This document shows positions 27,901 through 36,601 of a stretch of 64,000 bases of DNA, one piece after another. Location of the stretch: assembly GCA_016177705.1 (NCBI GenBank), contig JACOUT010000009.1:271519-335518 (forward strand). Reading direction: 5' to 3'. The notes under the pieces are model-generated. The model did no database searches. It was not told where the DNA came from and worked only from the letters and a program-made list of their open reading frames with translations. The DNA comes from Deltaproteobacteria bacterium (GTDB lineage Bacteria > Myxococcota > UBA727 > VGSZ01). The position numbers were made by a program, and so were the translations under genes. The stretch's first letter is position 1. Each line of letters begins with the position of its first letter.

Positions 27901-28315
27901 CGACGCCGATGTGGTCACCACCCTCTGCTTCGGCTCCTCCTCGTCGTCCGAGGTGGTGCTCGACAACGTGGCCGGCAGCCTGGTGGCCGACTGGACCGCC
28001 TTGCCCGACACGCAGGACGACTGCGACGTGGGCACGCTCGCGCTCGACGTCGACACGGACGGCGATCTCGACCTGTTCTTCGGCGGCACCCGCTTCGACC
28101 GCTACAACCTCAAGCTCTACGTCAACCGCGGCGACGGCACCTTCGTCGCCGCCACGGGCTCGCTGCCGAACCTGGCGGCGCTCGACCTGCAGGTGAACCA
28201 CCTGGCCGGCGGCGACCTCGACGCCGATCGTGACCCCGACGTGGTGCTGGCGCTCGGCGCGCCCTACCTGAACCAGGGTGTGCCCGGCGCGGTCTTCCTG
28301 TTCCTGCTCGAGTGA
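24920..28315 (+). CDS. Large surface lipoprotein: about 7 IPT/TIG domains followed by FG-GAP/VCBS (integrin-alpha-like beta-propeller) repeats
   Basis: Lipobox VLVAAALASC. Repeated units of type P-x-[LV]-x-x-[LV]-x-P-x-x-G-P-x-x-GGT-x-V-x-[IV]-x-G-x-x-F...C (for example VLDTLSPTWGPESGGTRVEIRGHDF, VTVTPASGPEAGGTEVVLVGRTF, VDDVTPGSGTSEGGTDIVIVGSGF). The C-terminal third has Ca-binding-like DxDxDG motifs (DLDDDGDLDVVTAS, GDSNGDGRPDLLFA, TDLDGDGDNDLVAV, GDLDGDGDADVVTT, DVDTDGDLDLFFGG). Confidence 0.75.
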   Translation: MSSPMRARVGTVLVAAALASCVGTPPRVFEAGLVSDAFVEQGPYQVRATAWDEDGLGERDLVWSVDDGAAGIVALALMVDEPTAVGVRLGAAIPGAALGSHVRWHLRVCDVGGLCTREPERGEHDFWVGPPTTPVLDTLSPTWGPESGGTRVEIRGHDFRPGVAVRFGAFSARHVELLRSDLLAATTPRAEPATVDVVVENPGGGTAVLADAFTFVESPQLVTVTPASGPEAGGTEVVLVGRTFVDGVRVLFDGAPCRDLSRVGDDELHCTTPPGRGLADVAVVHQERGEGVLEDAFRYVPPPRVDDVTPGSGTSEGGTDIVIVGSGFVDGVVVTVGDAPCLDVEVQDDTRLVCTTTAAEPGVVDVVVENPDGQTGVLPGGFSFLGPPVVVLVQPREVPIAGGVEVRVLGAGLSASDLVLFAGAPAEVLDAVGDRELRVLAPPINAEPYPAPPSGTADVDVTVRRQQAGDEREGTLARGITYYWPPEVEAVIPDEGPTEGGTAVVVTGRFFRVPEGGALAVRFDDADVNDLSLLSSTAISCVTPPGEAGPADVAVENHPLSIGVGLEAFFYLAPPRVDAVEPPEGPTFGGETVTVRGAYFRPGALVFIDGAPCSNVVVLDHQQLTCVTPPGEEGPADVRVVNPDGQEDTAPGIYQYLGVAVTPDFGLAVGFTRVRVRSAGMQPGARVWFGAAEASCSYLSSREMSCQSPAGALGPVTVRFANPDGTGEDGADAFSYRRFVDRTSGRMPTTGDNSNHVEVLDLDDDGDLDVVTASGRVGIAEESWLFDNDGAARFSRVAVGVNTTANKVDTGDSNGDGRPDLLFAASSGVGAILMENQGSLVFRERTLALTPFNSAFEAQLVDLVGDQRDDVFVHAIGCDVFLDQENNPDCDNDLYGPDVLLEQTSTGFSDRSNLVPHRDDWVHDHKVVATDLDGDGDNDLVAVVNNDPYATAENRIMRNRADEGLGFVTETPAGLQELIGDLYDIGAGDLDGDGDADVVTTLCFGSSSSSEVVLDNVAGSLVADWTALPDTQDDCDVGTLALDVDTDGDLDLFFGGTRFDRYNLKLYVNRGDGTFVAATGSLPNLAALDLQVNHLAGGDLDADRDPDVVLALGAPYLNQGVPGAVFLFLLE

Positions 28316-28330
28316 TGGCAGAAGGGCGTC

Positions 28331-29254
28331 GTGCGCGTCGGCTACCTCTGCATGGAGAGCGTGTTCTCGGTGCGGCCGTTGCAGGCGATGCTGCGCGCCG
28401 GCCACGACGTGCGCTTCGTCATGCGACCGATCGGGCCGCTGGCGACGCGCACCCACGCCGTGCTGCGGCGCCACCGCGGCTTCGATGTGGCGGTGCGGCG
28501 GCTGCTGGGGCGCGGCGACGGCGATGCGGCGCGACGCGATCCGTTCACCGTCGCGGCCGACGCCGACATCCCCGCGTGGATTGTCGGCAACGCCAGCGCG
28601 CCCGCCGCTGTCAGGCTCGTCGAACGCGAGCGCGTCGACATCTTGGTCATCGCGTTCTTCAACCAGTTGCTCAAGCCCGCCGTGCTCGCCGCCGCGAGGT
28701 ACGGCGCGGTCAACCTGCACCCGTCGAGGCTGCCCGCCTATCGCGGCCCGGCACCGCTCTTTTGGACCTATCGCGACGGCGCCGACGAGTCGGGCTTGAC
28801 GGTGCATCGGGTCGCGCCCGGCGAGGACGACGGCGACATCCTGGCCCAGACCGCGGTGCCGGTGCCGTGCGGCCTGCCCGGCGAAGAGCTGGTGGACACC
28901 CTTGCCGAGCACGCCGAGGGGTCACTGGTGGCGGTGCTGGCCGCGCTCGAGCGCGGCACCGCCGTCGGCACGCCGCAAGATGCGTCACGCGCCACGCGGG
29001 CGCCGCGTCCCTGCGACGCGGACCTCCTCGTCGATGGCAGCCTGGGCGCGCGCCGCGTCTTCCACTTCGTGCGCGGCGTCGGCCGTTGGAACCCGCTCGT
29101 CGTCGACGTGGCTGGGACGCGCGTGCGTGTGGTCGACGCGGTCGAGCTGGACCTCGAGCGCCGCGTCCCCGGCGAGGTTGCGCTGGTCGGCGACACGGTG
29201 TGCTTGGGCTGCCACGACGGCGCGGTGATGTTGCGCGCGCAGGGCGTGTCGTAA
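28331..29254 (+). CDS. Formyltransferase-family protein (Fmt-like)
   Basis: VNLHPSRLPAYRGPAPLFWT...GLTVHRVAPGEDDGDILAQ is the formyl-transferase catalytic motif, and GTPQDASRATRAP resembles the Fmt linker. GTG start at 28331. Confidence 0.7.
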   Translation: MRVGYLCMESVFSVRPLQAMLRAGHDVRFVMRPIGPLATRTHAVLRRHRGFDVAVRRLLGRGDGDAARRDPFTVAADADIPAWIVGNASAPAAVRLVERERVDILVIAFFNQLLKPAVLAAARYGAVNLHPSRLPAYRGPAPLFWTYRDGADESGLTVHRVAPGEDDGDILAQTAVPVPCGLPGEELVDTLAEHAEGSLVAVLAALERGTAVGTPQDASRATRAPRPCDADLLVDGSLGARRVFHFVRGVGRWNPLVVDVAGTRVRVVDAVELDLERRVPGEVALVGDTVCLGCHDGAVMLRAQGVS

Positions 29255-29266
29255 GCTGGGCCGGGG

Positions 29267-29509
29267 TCAGGGCCCCTTGTCGTCGGGTCCGCCCGGAAAG
29301 TGGCGTTCGAGGCACTTCTCGCACAGACCGTGGGTCAACGACGCGTGCGTGTGCGCCGCCAGCTGGGCCTCGAGCTGCTTCACCTGGCCGAGCGCGCGGT
29401 CCAACTCGTCGCCGCGCTCCACGACCACCACCTGATAGCCGGCGCGCGTCAGGAGCTGCCCGAGCACGGCGCGGGAGAGCTGCTCGTCGTCCGCGATCAG
29501 CACCTTCAT
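29267..29509 (-). CDS. Mini-protein (80 aa): N-terminal half of a receiver domain + coiled-coil + HGLCxxC tail
   Basis: ATG 29509 overlaps the kinase stop (ATGA). High GC3. MKVLIADDEQLSRAVLGQLLTRAGYQVVVVERGDE is a canonical receiver beta1-alpha1-beta2, but the phospho-acceptor Asp region is absent. It continues QVKQLEAQLAAHTHASLTHGLCEKCLERHF. Confidence 0.55.
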   Translation of the reverse strand: MKVLIADDEQLSRAVLGQLLTRAGYQVVVVERGDELDRALGQVKQLEAQLAAHTHASLTHGLCEKCLERHFPGGPDDKGP

Positions 29510-31683
29510 GCGCCCATGCCGTGCGGCCCCGCGGCCGCATCGAGGATGCCGCCGAAACGCCGCGTGAGGCACTCATCTACCCGGGTCAGCTCGTGCTCCA
29601 GCGCCTTGAGCGCGTGCGCCTTCGTCACCCACTGGGAGGTCCTGCCGAGCTGCTCGAGCTCAGCGGCGGCGCGCGCGGCATCGGTGGCGCCAAGGGTCAG
29701 CAGCGCCCCCTTCAAGCTGTGGGCTTCCCGCTCCAACGCGGCGGCGGCCTGCTGCTCCACCGCGCGACCGATGGCCGCGAACAGGGTCTGGCTCGAGCTT
29801 CGGTAGCTCGACAGCACGACGCCGAGCACCGCGGGGTCGTCGCCCAGTCGACGCACGAGGTCAGCGTCGTCGATGGCGGAGTCGAGGCTCGGCGGTGCCT
29901 CGGTGGCCCCTCGCTGCGCAGACAGGCGCGCGATGACCTCCAGCAGGCGGTCGCGGTCGAGCGGCTTGCTCAGGTAGTCGTCCATGCCGGCGCCCAAGCA
30001 CCGCTCGCGATCACCGGCGACCGCCTGCGCTGTCATGGCGACGAGCGGGACGTTCTCCATGCCGGGCGCCGCTCCGGCGCGCACGCGACGCGCCACCTCG
30101 GTGCCGTCCATGCGCGGCATCTGCACGTCGAGCAGCACTACATCGAAGGCGCGCCGGCTCAGCGCCTGGAGCGCGCCGACGCCGTCGCCGACGACCACCA
30201 CCTCGTGCCCGGCGCGCTCGAGCAGCACGCGCACGACACGTTGGTTGACCGGGTTGTCCTCGGCGACGAGCACCGCGAGACGCCGGCGCGGTGCTGGCGG
30301 CGGCTCGTCAGCGTGCGGAGAAGCGGTGGCCACGCCCATCGACACAGCGCCGACCGCAGATGCATCGACGGGCGACTGCGTCATCGACACGTCGAACGTG
30401 AAGGTGCTGCCGACGCCCACGGTGCTCTCGACCCGGAGCTTGCCGCCCATGAGCTCCACCAGCTCGGCGCTGATGGTGAGCCCGAGGCCGGTGCCGCCGT
30501 AGCGGCGCGTGATGCTGCCGTCCGCCTGCGCGAACGCGTCGAAGATATGCTCGCGCGCGTGCGGCTCGATGCCCGGGCCCGTGTCGGCGACCGAGACGCG
30601 CAGCCGCACCTCGCTCGGTTGCGCCGGCGTGGCCGTCCTGCCGATGGTGACGTCGATGCTGCCGCGCTCGGTGAACTTGATGGCGTTGCCGATCAGGTTC
30701 GCCAGTACCTGCTGCAGGCGCCGCCCGTCGCCGAACAGGCGGTCCGGGACGTCGGGGAACACCGCGACGCGCAGCTCGAGCCCCTTGGCGGCGGCGCGCA
30801 ACACCAATTCCTTGAGCGCGTGCTCGAGGGCGTGCGCGAACGAGAAGTGCGTCGGCGACAACGCCATGCGGCCGGCGTCGAGCTTGGAGAGGTCGAGCAG
30901 GTCGTTGACCAGCACGAGCATGTCGTCGGCGCAGCCGCGCGCGGTCTCGAGGTACTCGGACTGCGCGCCGGTGAGCGGCCCGTCACCGACGAGCTGCACC
31001 ATGTTGAGGATGCCGTTCATCGGCGTGCGCAGCTCGTGGCTCACCTTGGCTAGAAGCTCGTCCTTGCCGCGCACCGCGCGCTCGGCGGCGACCTTGGACG
31101 CGAGCAGCGCCTGCTCGGCTCGCTCGCGCGCCACCGTCACACGATGGACGCGCCAACCGATACCGAGGGCGACCGCCTCGAGCGTTACCACCCCGCCGAA
31201 GAGCACGGTCCACTCGCTGGTGCTCACCTCGCCGAGCCAGCAAGTGACGGCCGCGAAGGCGCTGACCGCGACGCCAAAGAAGGCCGTCCTGGGCAGCGTG
31301 CGCGGGACCAGGCCGACCGAGGACAGCGTGATGAAGAGGCCGACCTGGAGCGCCGGGCTGAAGCCGTTGCGCACGACCAACGAGAAGAAGTGCGCGGCGA
31401 TGGCGTAGATGACCGCCTCGGCGAGCAGCGGTGCGTACCGCAGCCACCGTTTGCGCGAGGCCGCGGCGTAGCCGATGCAGCAGACGACGCCGATGGCGCA
31501 GCGCTCCCATAGCGGGTCGACCACGATGTTGACGGCGACGTGGTTGACCGGCCACCAGCCGACGTAGAACACCGCCGCGATCGCGAACAGCGTGCGGTAG
31601 AGCGCGGCTTCCTCGAGGTCGCCGCCCGCGGCGCCCGAAACGCGCGCCTCCTGAGCCTGCTCCTGATCGTCGACGTCACGCAC
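29506..31683 (-). CDS. Hybrid sensor histidine kinase (multi-TM sensor, HisKA, HATPase, receiver, Hpt)
   Basis: About 6 N-terminal TM helices. H-box LAKVSHELRTPMNGI. N/G boxes (NLIGNAIKFT, DTGPGI, GGTGLGL). Receiver RRLAVLVAEDNPVNQ...VLLDVQMPRMDG. Hpt AHSLKGALLTLGA. GTG start at 31683. Confidence 0.85.
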   Translation of the reverse strand: MRDVDDQEQAQEARVSGAAGGDLEEAALYRTLFAIAAVFYVGWWPVNHVAVNIVVDPLWERCAIGVVCCIGYAAASRKRWLRYAPLLAEAVIYAIAAHFFSLVVRNGFSPALQVGLFITLSSVGLVPRTLPRTAFFGVAVSAFAAVTCWLGEVSTSEWTVLFGGVVTLEAVALGIGWRVHRVTVARERAEQALLASKVAAERAVRGKDELLAKVSHELRTPMNGILNMVQLVGDGPLTGAQSEYLETARGCADDMLVLVNDLLDLSKLDAGRMALSPTHFSFAHALEHALKELVLRAAAKGLELRVAVFPDVPDRLFGDGRRLQQVLANLIGNAIKFTERGSIDVTIGRTATPAQPSEVRLRVSVADTGPGIEPHAREHIFDAFAQADGSITRRYGGTGLGLTISAELVELMGGKLRVESTVGVGSTFTFDVSMTQSPVDASAVGAVSMGVATASPHADEPPPAPRRRLAVLVAEDNPVNQRVVRVLLERAGHEVVVVGDGVGALQALSRRAFDVVLLDVQMPRMDGTEVARRVRAGAAPGMENVPLVAMTAQAVAGDRERCLGAGMDDYLSKPLDRDRLLEVIARLSAQRGATEAPPSLDSAIDDADLVRRLGDDPAVLGVVLSSYRSSSQTLFAAIGRAVEQQAAAALEREAHSLKGALLTLGATDAARAAAELEQLGRTSQWVTKAHALKALEHELTRVDECLTRRFGGILDAAAGPHGMGA

Positions 31684-31796
31684 GCCACGACCATAGCCTC
31701 GGTGACCCCGACCGGGGGGCCATCAACCGCGGTGTCTCACCTTCACACGAACGGTCGAGCGCGTTGGCACTGGGGCTGCGGCGACCCAGGGGCCGC

Positions 31797-33107
31797 TCAG
31801 CGGCAGTACCAGCCGTAGCGGTCGTCGATGTAGCCGCAGCTCTCGCCGCGGCTGGCGCAGTCGAGCGTCTGGCGCTGGCCTTGCTCGTTGCACCACACGG
31901 CGGTGTCGCCGTCGCAGCGACCGAGGTAGTCGAGGCTGCCGCACTCGGTGGGCGCGAGGCAGGCCGGATAGCCGTCGACGTCGAGGTCGCAGATGTCGCC
32001 GCCGCTCGCGCAGTCGCGGGCGGTGCGGCCGCCGCTCGCGCAGCTCGTCAACACGGAGCCCGCGCACTGGCCGCCGGTCGGCAGGTCGCGGCACGACGCG
32101 TCGAGGCAGGCAAAGCCGTTCGTCGAGTCGAGCAGGCCGCAGGTGTCGCCGCCGCACGAGCCGCACGGCCGCTCGACCACGGCGCCGCCCGCGCACCACA
32201 CCAGCGTGTCGCCGTCACAGCGGCCGAAGCTGGTGGCGGCTCCTTCGCACTCGGGCGGCGGTGGGTCGATCGGGTCCGGCACCTCGCCGATGAACGACAG
32301 CACCCAATCGCCATAGGTGTCGACGCGCGTGTAACGGTCAAGGCCGAGGCAGTTGCCGTCACCCCAGGAGAGCGCGCCGGCCACGCGCGCGCTGCCGTCG
32401 GCGGCGATGACCATCACGGGACCGCCCGAGTCGCCGAAGCAGACACCGCGCGCGCCCTGGCCGTCGATGGTCAGCTCGTCGCCCGAGACGTCGGCGATCG
32501 GCTCGGCGGTGAACTCGCGCTCGCCGTAGCCGCCGTCCTCCTGCTGGCCATAGCCCGCCGCCTCTGCGGTCTGGCCGACGAAGTCGACCAGCGAGTCGAG
32601 GAAGATGGGGATGGGCTGCGTGCCCGGCAGCCTCGACGACGCGCTGCCGTCGACGCGCACCACCGTCATGTCACCCTGCGCATGCGAGTGCACCTCGGCG
32701 ATGCCGAAGCAGACATTGGGGTTGGCCGGCTCGACGCCGATGCAGAACTCGTCGGAGGTGGTGACGCCACAGTGGCCGGCCGTCAGCACCCACTCGTCGG
32801 TGATGAAGGTGCCGGAGCAGCTATGGAAGGTGCCCACGGCCTGGATCTGCCCGTCGGTGAGCGGCACGTGGGTGGGGCGATCGGTGCCGTGGTAGACGTA
32901 CGCGCGCCGCAGCACGCTCTTGTTGGGCGTCTCCGCGCAGGTGTCGTTCGGCCCGGGGTCGTCGCCCGGACGCTCGCCGTCGTCGGGCCGCACGCCGGGC
33001 CCGCCCGCCGGTCCGACCCGCTCCTGCAAGCACGCGACGACGAACGGGCTCGTGCAGGCGAGCGATGCCAGCAGCGTCAGGCGAGCGAGCGGTGGCGGGC
33101 TGCTCAT
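31797..33107 (-). CDS. Trypsin-like (S1) serine protease lipoprotein with three C-terminal Cys-rich repeats
   Basis: Lipobox-like LTLLASLAC. VLTAGHC (His), DMTVVRV (Asp), GDSGGP (Ser). Three roughly 42-aa repeats: GRCDGDTLVWC...C..C....C...........C / GQCAGSVLTSC... / GRCDGDTAVWC... Confidence 0.8.
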   Translation of the reverse strand: MSSPPPLARLTLLASLACTSPFVVACLQERVGPAGGPGVRPDDGERPGDDPGPNDTCAETPNKSVLRRAYVYHGTDRPTHVPLTDGQIQAVGTFHSCSGTFITDEWVLTAGHCGVTTSDEFCIGVEPANPNVCFGIAEVHSHAQGDMTVVRVDGSASSRLPGTQPIPIFLDSLVDFVGQTAEAAGYGQQEDGGYGEREFTAEPIADVSGDELTIDGQGARGVCFGDSGGPVMVIAADGSARVAGALSWGDGNCLGLDRYTRVDTYGDWVLSFIGEVPDPIDPPPPECEGAATSFGRCDGDTLVWCAGGAVVERPCGSCGGDTCGLLDSTNGFACLDASCRDLPTGGQCAGSVLTSCASGGRTARDCASGGDICDLDVDGYPACLAPTECGSLDYLGRCDGDTAVWCNEQGQRQTLDCASRGESCGYIDDRYGWYCR

Positions 33108-33223
33108 GGTGCGATCTTGTGTCTGCCACGTTGCCTCGGCGATCGGTCGCCGATCCGCCGGTCGATCGACCGATGCCGCGCAATGTCAGGCGCGATCGTC
33201 AGGCACGACGGAAGGCGCTGCGT

Positions 33224-33967
33224 TCAGGAGCGATCGAGCTTGTCGAGGTCGATGAAGCGCAGCAGGCCGAGGTCGTCGAGCTCCTTGCGCGCCACCGCCA
33301 GCAACACCACGTCGCGCAGGCGCTCGTTGTAGGCGTCGACGACGGCGCGGGCGAGCGCGCGCACACGCGGCGGCGCCTCTGCCGCCGGCAACATCACCGG
33401 CGAGGCGCAGCCCTTGGCCCAGAAGATGACTCGACGCTGCAGGTCGAGGGCGTAGGGATAGCGCGCGCACGACAGCGGCCAGGCGGGGAAGGCGCCGCAC
33501 GTGCGCTCGTCGGTCAAAAGCGTGCAGGTGCCGGTCCGGTCGCGCGCGAGCACCGGGAAGGCGCGGCCGAAGACGCTGGCGTCCGCCTCGCGGCGCGCCC
33601 AGGTGCGCTTCGGTGGCGACGTCGTCGGCGCGGGCCGCTCGTGCGTGATCGCCGCCGACCGGCCCGCATCGACGAGGCGGGCGAGGTCGCGGAAGCGCAG
33701 CGACACCACCGCGTGCTCGCCGGTGCAGCACAGCTCGGTGCAGGCGTCGCAGTCGGGCACCTGCCCGCTCGGGATCGCGATGGTGAGCTGGCCGAGGTCG
33801 AGCGGCCGCAAGCGGTACCCGCGCCACAGCTGCAGCGTCTCGCGCCAATAGCGCGCGGTCCAGAGGCGCGCGCGCGCCGTCGGCCAGAGCGCGTCGAGGC
33901 CGCGCTCGACCGGCCCGGCACCGGCTGGGCGCGTTTGCTCGTGCAGCACGGGGAGCGCGGCGGGCAC
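33224..33967 (-). CDS. YkgJ/UPF0153-type cysteine-cluster protein
   Basis: CDACTELCC cluster plus downstream Cys (TGTCTLL, ERTCGAF, LSCARYP). GTG 33967 lies 5 nt after the upstream stop. The longer track ORF (to 34489) overlaps the methyltransferase gene out of frame. Start uncertain; ATG 34027 is an alternative. Confidence 0.55.
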   Translation of the reverse strand: MPAALPVLHEQTRPAGAGPVERGLDALWPTARARLWTARYWRETLQLWRGYRLRPLDLGQLTIAIPSGQVPDCDACTELCCTGEHAVVSLRFRDLARLVDAGRSAAITHERPAPTTSPPKRTWARREADASVFGRAFPVLARDRTGTCTLLTDERTCGAFPAWPLSCARYPYALDLQRRVIFWAKGCASPVMLPAAEAPPRVRALARAVVDAYNERLRDVVLLAVARKELDDLGLLRFIDLDKLDRS

Positions 33968-33971
33968 GATC

Positions 33972-35033
33972 TCACTCCGGCCCGGCGAGCAGGGCGATTC
34001 GCTGTGCGTCGACGTGCGCAACGCCATGCTCGGCAGCTTCCCCCAGGTCGGCTCGGAGGCGGGTGCCGCGCGGCACGGCGAGCAGCGCGTGGTAGGCGGC
34101 GCGGTCGCGCTTGAGCGCTTGCACGAAGCGCAGGCCGCCTGGGCCGCACACCGGCAGGCGCGCGCGCCCCTTCTCCTTGTGCGCCTCACCAATGGCGAGC
34201 ACGCCACGCCGCTCGGCCGTCGGTGCCGCCGCAGCCGAGGACAGCGCCAAGAAGGCGTACGCCATCTCGTCGGCGTCGCGCCCGACGGCGCGCGCGAACG
34301 CCGCCAAGCGCGGCGGCAGCGCCTTGTTGGTGCGGGCATGGCACCAGTCGCGCTCGCGCAGGAGCGCGGGGCAGGCGTCGTCGTGGGGGCAGGGAGCGAG
34401 CACGCGCCTCGCGCCCGCGGGAGCACTGCGCAGCGCCTCGCGCAGGCTCTGCAGCCGGCGCGCATGCGGGTGGTCACCGGCATCGACAAGCAGCACTTCG
34501 GTGCTGGCGCCGCCGAGGCGGCTCACGACGCCGAGCGCAGCGTCGACGTCGCCGCCGAGCTCACCGAAGGTGAAGGAGCTGCTGACCAGCGTCGCGTCGG
34601 GCGTGGCCGGCGCATGCTCGAGCGGGGCGCAGACCGCGCGCAGCTTGTCGCCTACCAGCGCGCGCGCGACCGCGAGCGCGCGCTCCGACACCTCGACACC
34701 GACGATGCGGGCCGCGCCCACCTCCGCGAGCAGGAGCGCGGCGCCGCCCGAGCCGCAGCCGGCATCGACCACCGTGCCGCGCGGGGTCGACCCCCAGGAC
34801 GCCAAGGCCGCCGCGGTCGCGCGAACGGCGCGCGGCCCGAAGTAGGCGAGGTAGGCCGGGTCGGCGACCTCATCGCCGCCCACTGGGCTCGTGCCCAGCG
34901 TGTACCGCTCGGAGAGCGCGCGGGCGCGCTCGGCGAGCGCGCGACTCTCGTGCCAGCCGCGCGCGACCTCGTCGAGGAACGCCTCGAGGCGCGCCAGCGC
35001 GCGCGTCGCGGCCGCCGCCAGCGCGGCGTTCAC
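33972..35033 (-). CDS. SAM-dependent methyltransferase, Rsm22-like
   Basis: SAM motif [13 protein letters not shown] and Rsm22-type Cys motif [10 protein letters not shown]...WCH. GTG 35033 overlaps the scoB stop (GTGA). The longer track ORF overlaps scoB. Confidence 0.6.
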   Translation of the reverse strand: MNAALAAAATRALARLEAFLDEVARGWHESRALAERARALSERYTLGTSPVGGDEVADPAYLAYFGPRAVRATAAALASWGSTPRGTVVDAGCGSGGAALLLAEVGAARIVGVEVSERALAVARALVGDKLRAVCAPLEHAPATPDATLVSSSFTFGELGGDVDAALGVVSRLGGASTEVLLVDAGDHPHARRLQSLREALRSAPAGARRVLAPCPHDDACPALLRERDWCHARTNKALPPRLAAFARAVGRDADEMAYAFLALSSAAAAPTAERRGVLAIGEAHKEKGRARLPVCGPGGLRFVQALKRDRAAYHALLAVPRGTRLRADLGEAAEHGVAHVDAQRIALLAGPE

Positions 35034-35701
35034 GCGATCGGCCGCAGCGCCGGCGACACCGTGAAGGCGCACGCGGTGGCGGCCTTGATCTCGTCGACCG
35101 TCGCGTCGGGCGCGTGCTCGACGAGCGTCATGCCCTCGCCGCGCTTGACCTCGAACACCGCCAGGTCCGTAATGATCAGGTCGACGCAGGCGCGGCCGGT
35201 GAGCGGCAGGTTGCACTGCTCGAGGATCTTCGGGTCGGTGGTCTTGCCGTCCTTGGAGCGCGCCACGTGCTCCATGGTGACGATGACGCGCGGGCTGCCG
35301 GCGACGAGGTCCATGGCGCCGCCCATGCCCTTGACCATCTTGCCCGGGATCATCCAGTTGGCGATGTCGCCCTTGCCCGACACCTGCATGGCGCCGAGGA
35401 TGGTCAGGTCGACGTGCCCGCCGCGGATCATGGCGAAGCTGTCGGCCGACGAAAAGTAGCTGGTGCCCGGCACCTCGCTGACGGTCTGCTTGCCGGCGTT
35501 GATCAGGTCGGGATCCTCCTCGCCCTCGAAGGGGAAGGGCCCGACACCGAGCATGCCGTTCTCGCTCTGCAGCACCACGTCGATGCCGGGCGGCACGAAG
35601 TTGGCCACCAGCGTTGGCATGCCGATGCCGAGGTTGACGGTGAAGCCGTCCTTCAGCTCCTTGGCCGCGCGTTGCACGATCTGGTCACGCGTGAGGGGCA
35701 T
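35030..35701 (-). CDS. scoB: 3-oxoacid CoA-transferase subunit B
   Basis: [20 protein letters not shown]...LQSENG (catalytic Glu motif SENG)...GGAMDLV... is typical of the ScoB/AtoA family. Confidence 0.85.
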   Translation of the reverse strand: MPLTRDQIVQRAAKELKDGFTVNLGIGMPTLVANFVPPGIDVVLQSENGMLGVGPFPFEGEEDPDLINAGKQTVSEVPGTSYFSSADSFAMIRGGHVDLTILGAMQVSGKGDIANWMIPGKMVKGMGGAMDLVAGSPRVIVTMEHVARSKDGKTTDPKILEQCNLPLTGRACVDLIITDLAVFEVKRGEGMTLVEHAPDATVDEIKAATACAFTVSPALRPIA

Positions 35702-36500
35702 GGGGTTTGCTTCCTTGTGTGACTGGTGATGTGACTGGCGGGCGCACCGTGCGCTGCTCGATCCAGTTGGCCTTGCTGGTCACCTGCACCAGGCGCTTGG
35801 TGTAGATGCCGGGGACGTGAATGACGTCGCCATCGAGCGCGCCGGGCTGGACGATGTGCTCGGCCTCGACGATGGTGACCCGGGCGGCGGCGCACATCAT
35901 CGGGCTGAAATTGCGCGCGGTCTTTCTGAACACCAGGTTGCCGAGCGTGTCGGCCTTGAAGGCGCGCACCAGGCAGAAGTCGGCGAACAGCCCGGTCTCG
36001 AGCACGTAGCTGCGCTCCTTGCCGGTGCGCGGATCGGGCAGGCTGCGCGTCTCCTTCTTGGGCGAGGAGACGGCGACGCTGCCGTCGGGCCGGTACTTGA
36101 GCGGCAAGCCGCCGTCCGAGACCGCGGTGCCCACGCCGGTCGCGGTGTAGAAGGCGGGGATGCCGGCGCCGCCCGCGCGGATGCGCTCGGCGAGCGTGCC
36201 TTGCGGGTTCAGCTCGACCTCGAGCTCGCCGGTGAGGTAGCGCCGCTCGAACTCCTTGTTCTCGCCCACGTACGACGACACCATCTTCACTACCTGGCCG
36301 GCGGCAAGCAGCACGCCAAGGCCCTTGTCGGTGGTGCCGCAGTTGTTCGAGATGAGGGTGAGGCCGCGCGTCCCCTTGGCGGCGAGCGCGGCGATCAGGT
36401 TCTCGGGGTTGCCGCACAGGCCGAAGCCGCCGACCATCAGGGTCGCGCCGTCAGGGATGTCGGCGATGGCGGCGGCGGCCGAGGCCACAAGCTTGTTCAT
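35685..36500 (-). CDS. scoA: 3-oxoacid CoA-transferase subunit A
   Basis: ATG 36500. [25 protein letters not shown]...ISNNCG...[46 protein letters not shown] is typical ScoA/AtoD. The 3' end overlaps scoB by 17 nt. Confidence 0.85.
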   Translation of the reverse strand: MNKLVASAAAAIADIPDGATLMVGGFGLCGNPENLIAALAAKGTRGLTLISNNCGTTDKGLGVLLAAGQVVKMVSSYVGENKEFERRYLTGELEVELNPQGTLAERIRAGGAGIPAFYTATGVGTAVSDGGLPLKYRPDGSVAVSSPKKETRSLPDPRTGKERSYVLETGLFADFCLVRAFKADTLGNLVFRKTARNFSPMMCAAARVTIVEAEHIVQPGALDGDVIHVPGIYTKRLVQVTSKANWIEQRTVRPPVTSPVTQGSKPHAPHA

Positions 36501-36601
36501 GTCCCACCTGCTCGCGCGCGCCGTCGTCGGCGTCAAGGCGTGTCTGCGGCCGTTTGACCCCGGCCGCGAAGCTGGGGCAGAGTCGCCGCGAAGGACCAGC
36601 C

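Noticed and set aside
28312-31053. 913-aa plus-strand ORF overlapping the formyltransferase (other frame) and antisense to the histidine kinase
   Set aside because: The product is Arg-rich nonsense. The kinase on the minus strand has complete H, N, G, REC and Hpt motifs.
33968-34489. Upstream extension of the YkgJ-like ORF (track ORF 33224-34489, 421 aa)
   Set aside because: The extension overlaps the Rsm22-like gene in another frame and translates to Arg/Cys/Ala-rich sequence. The Cys-cluster domain starts after 33967.
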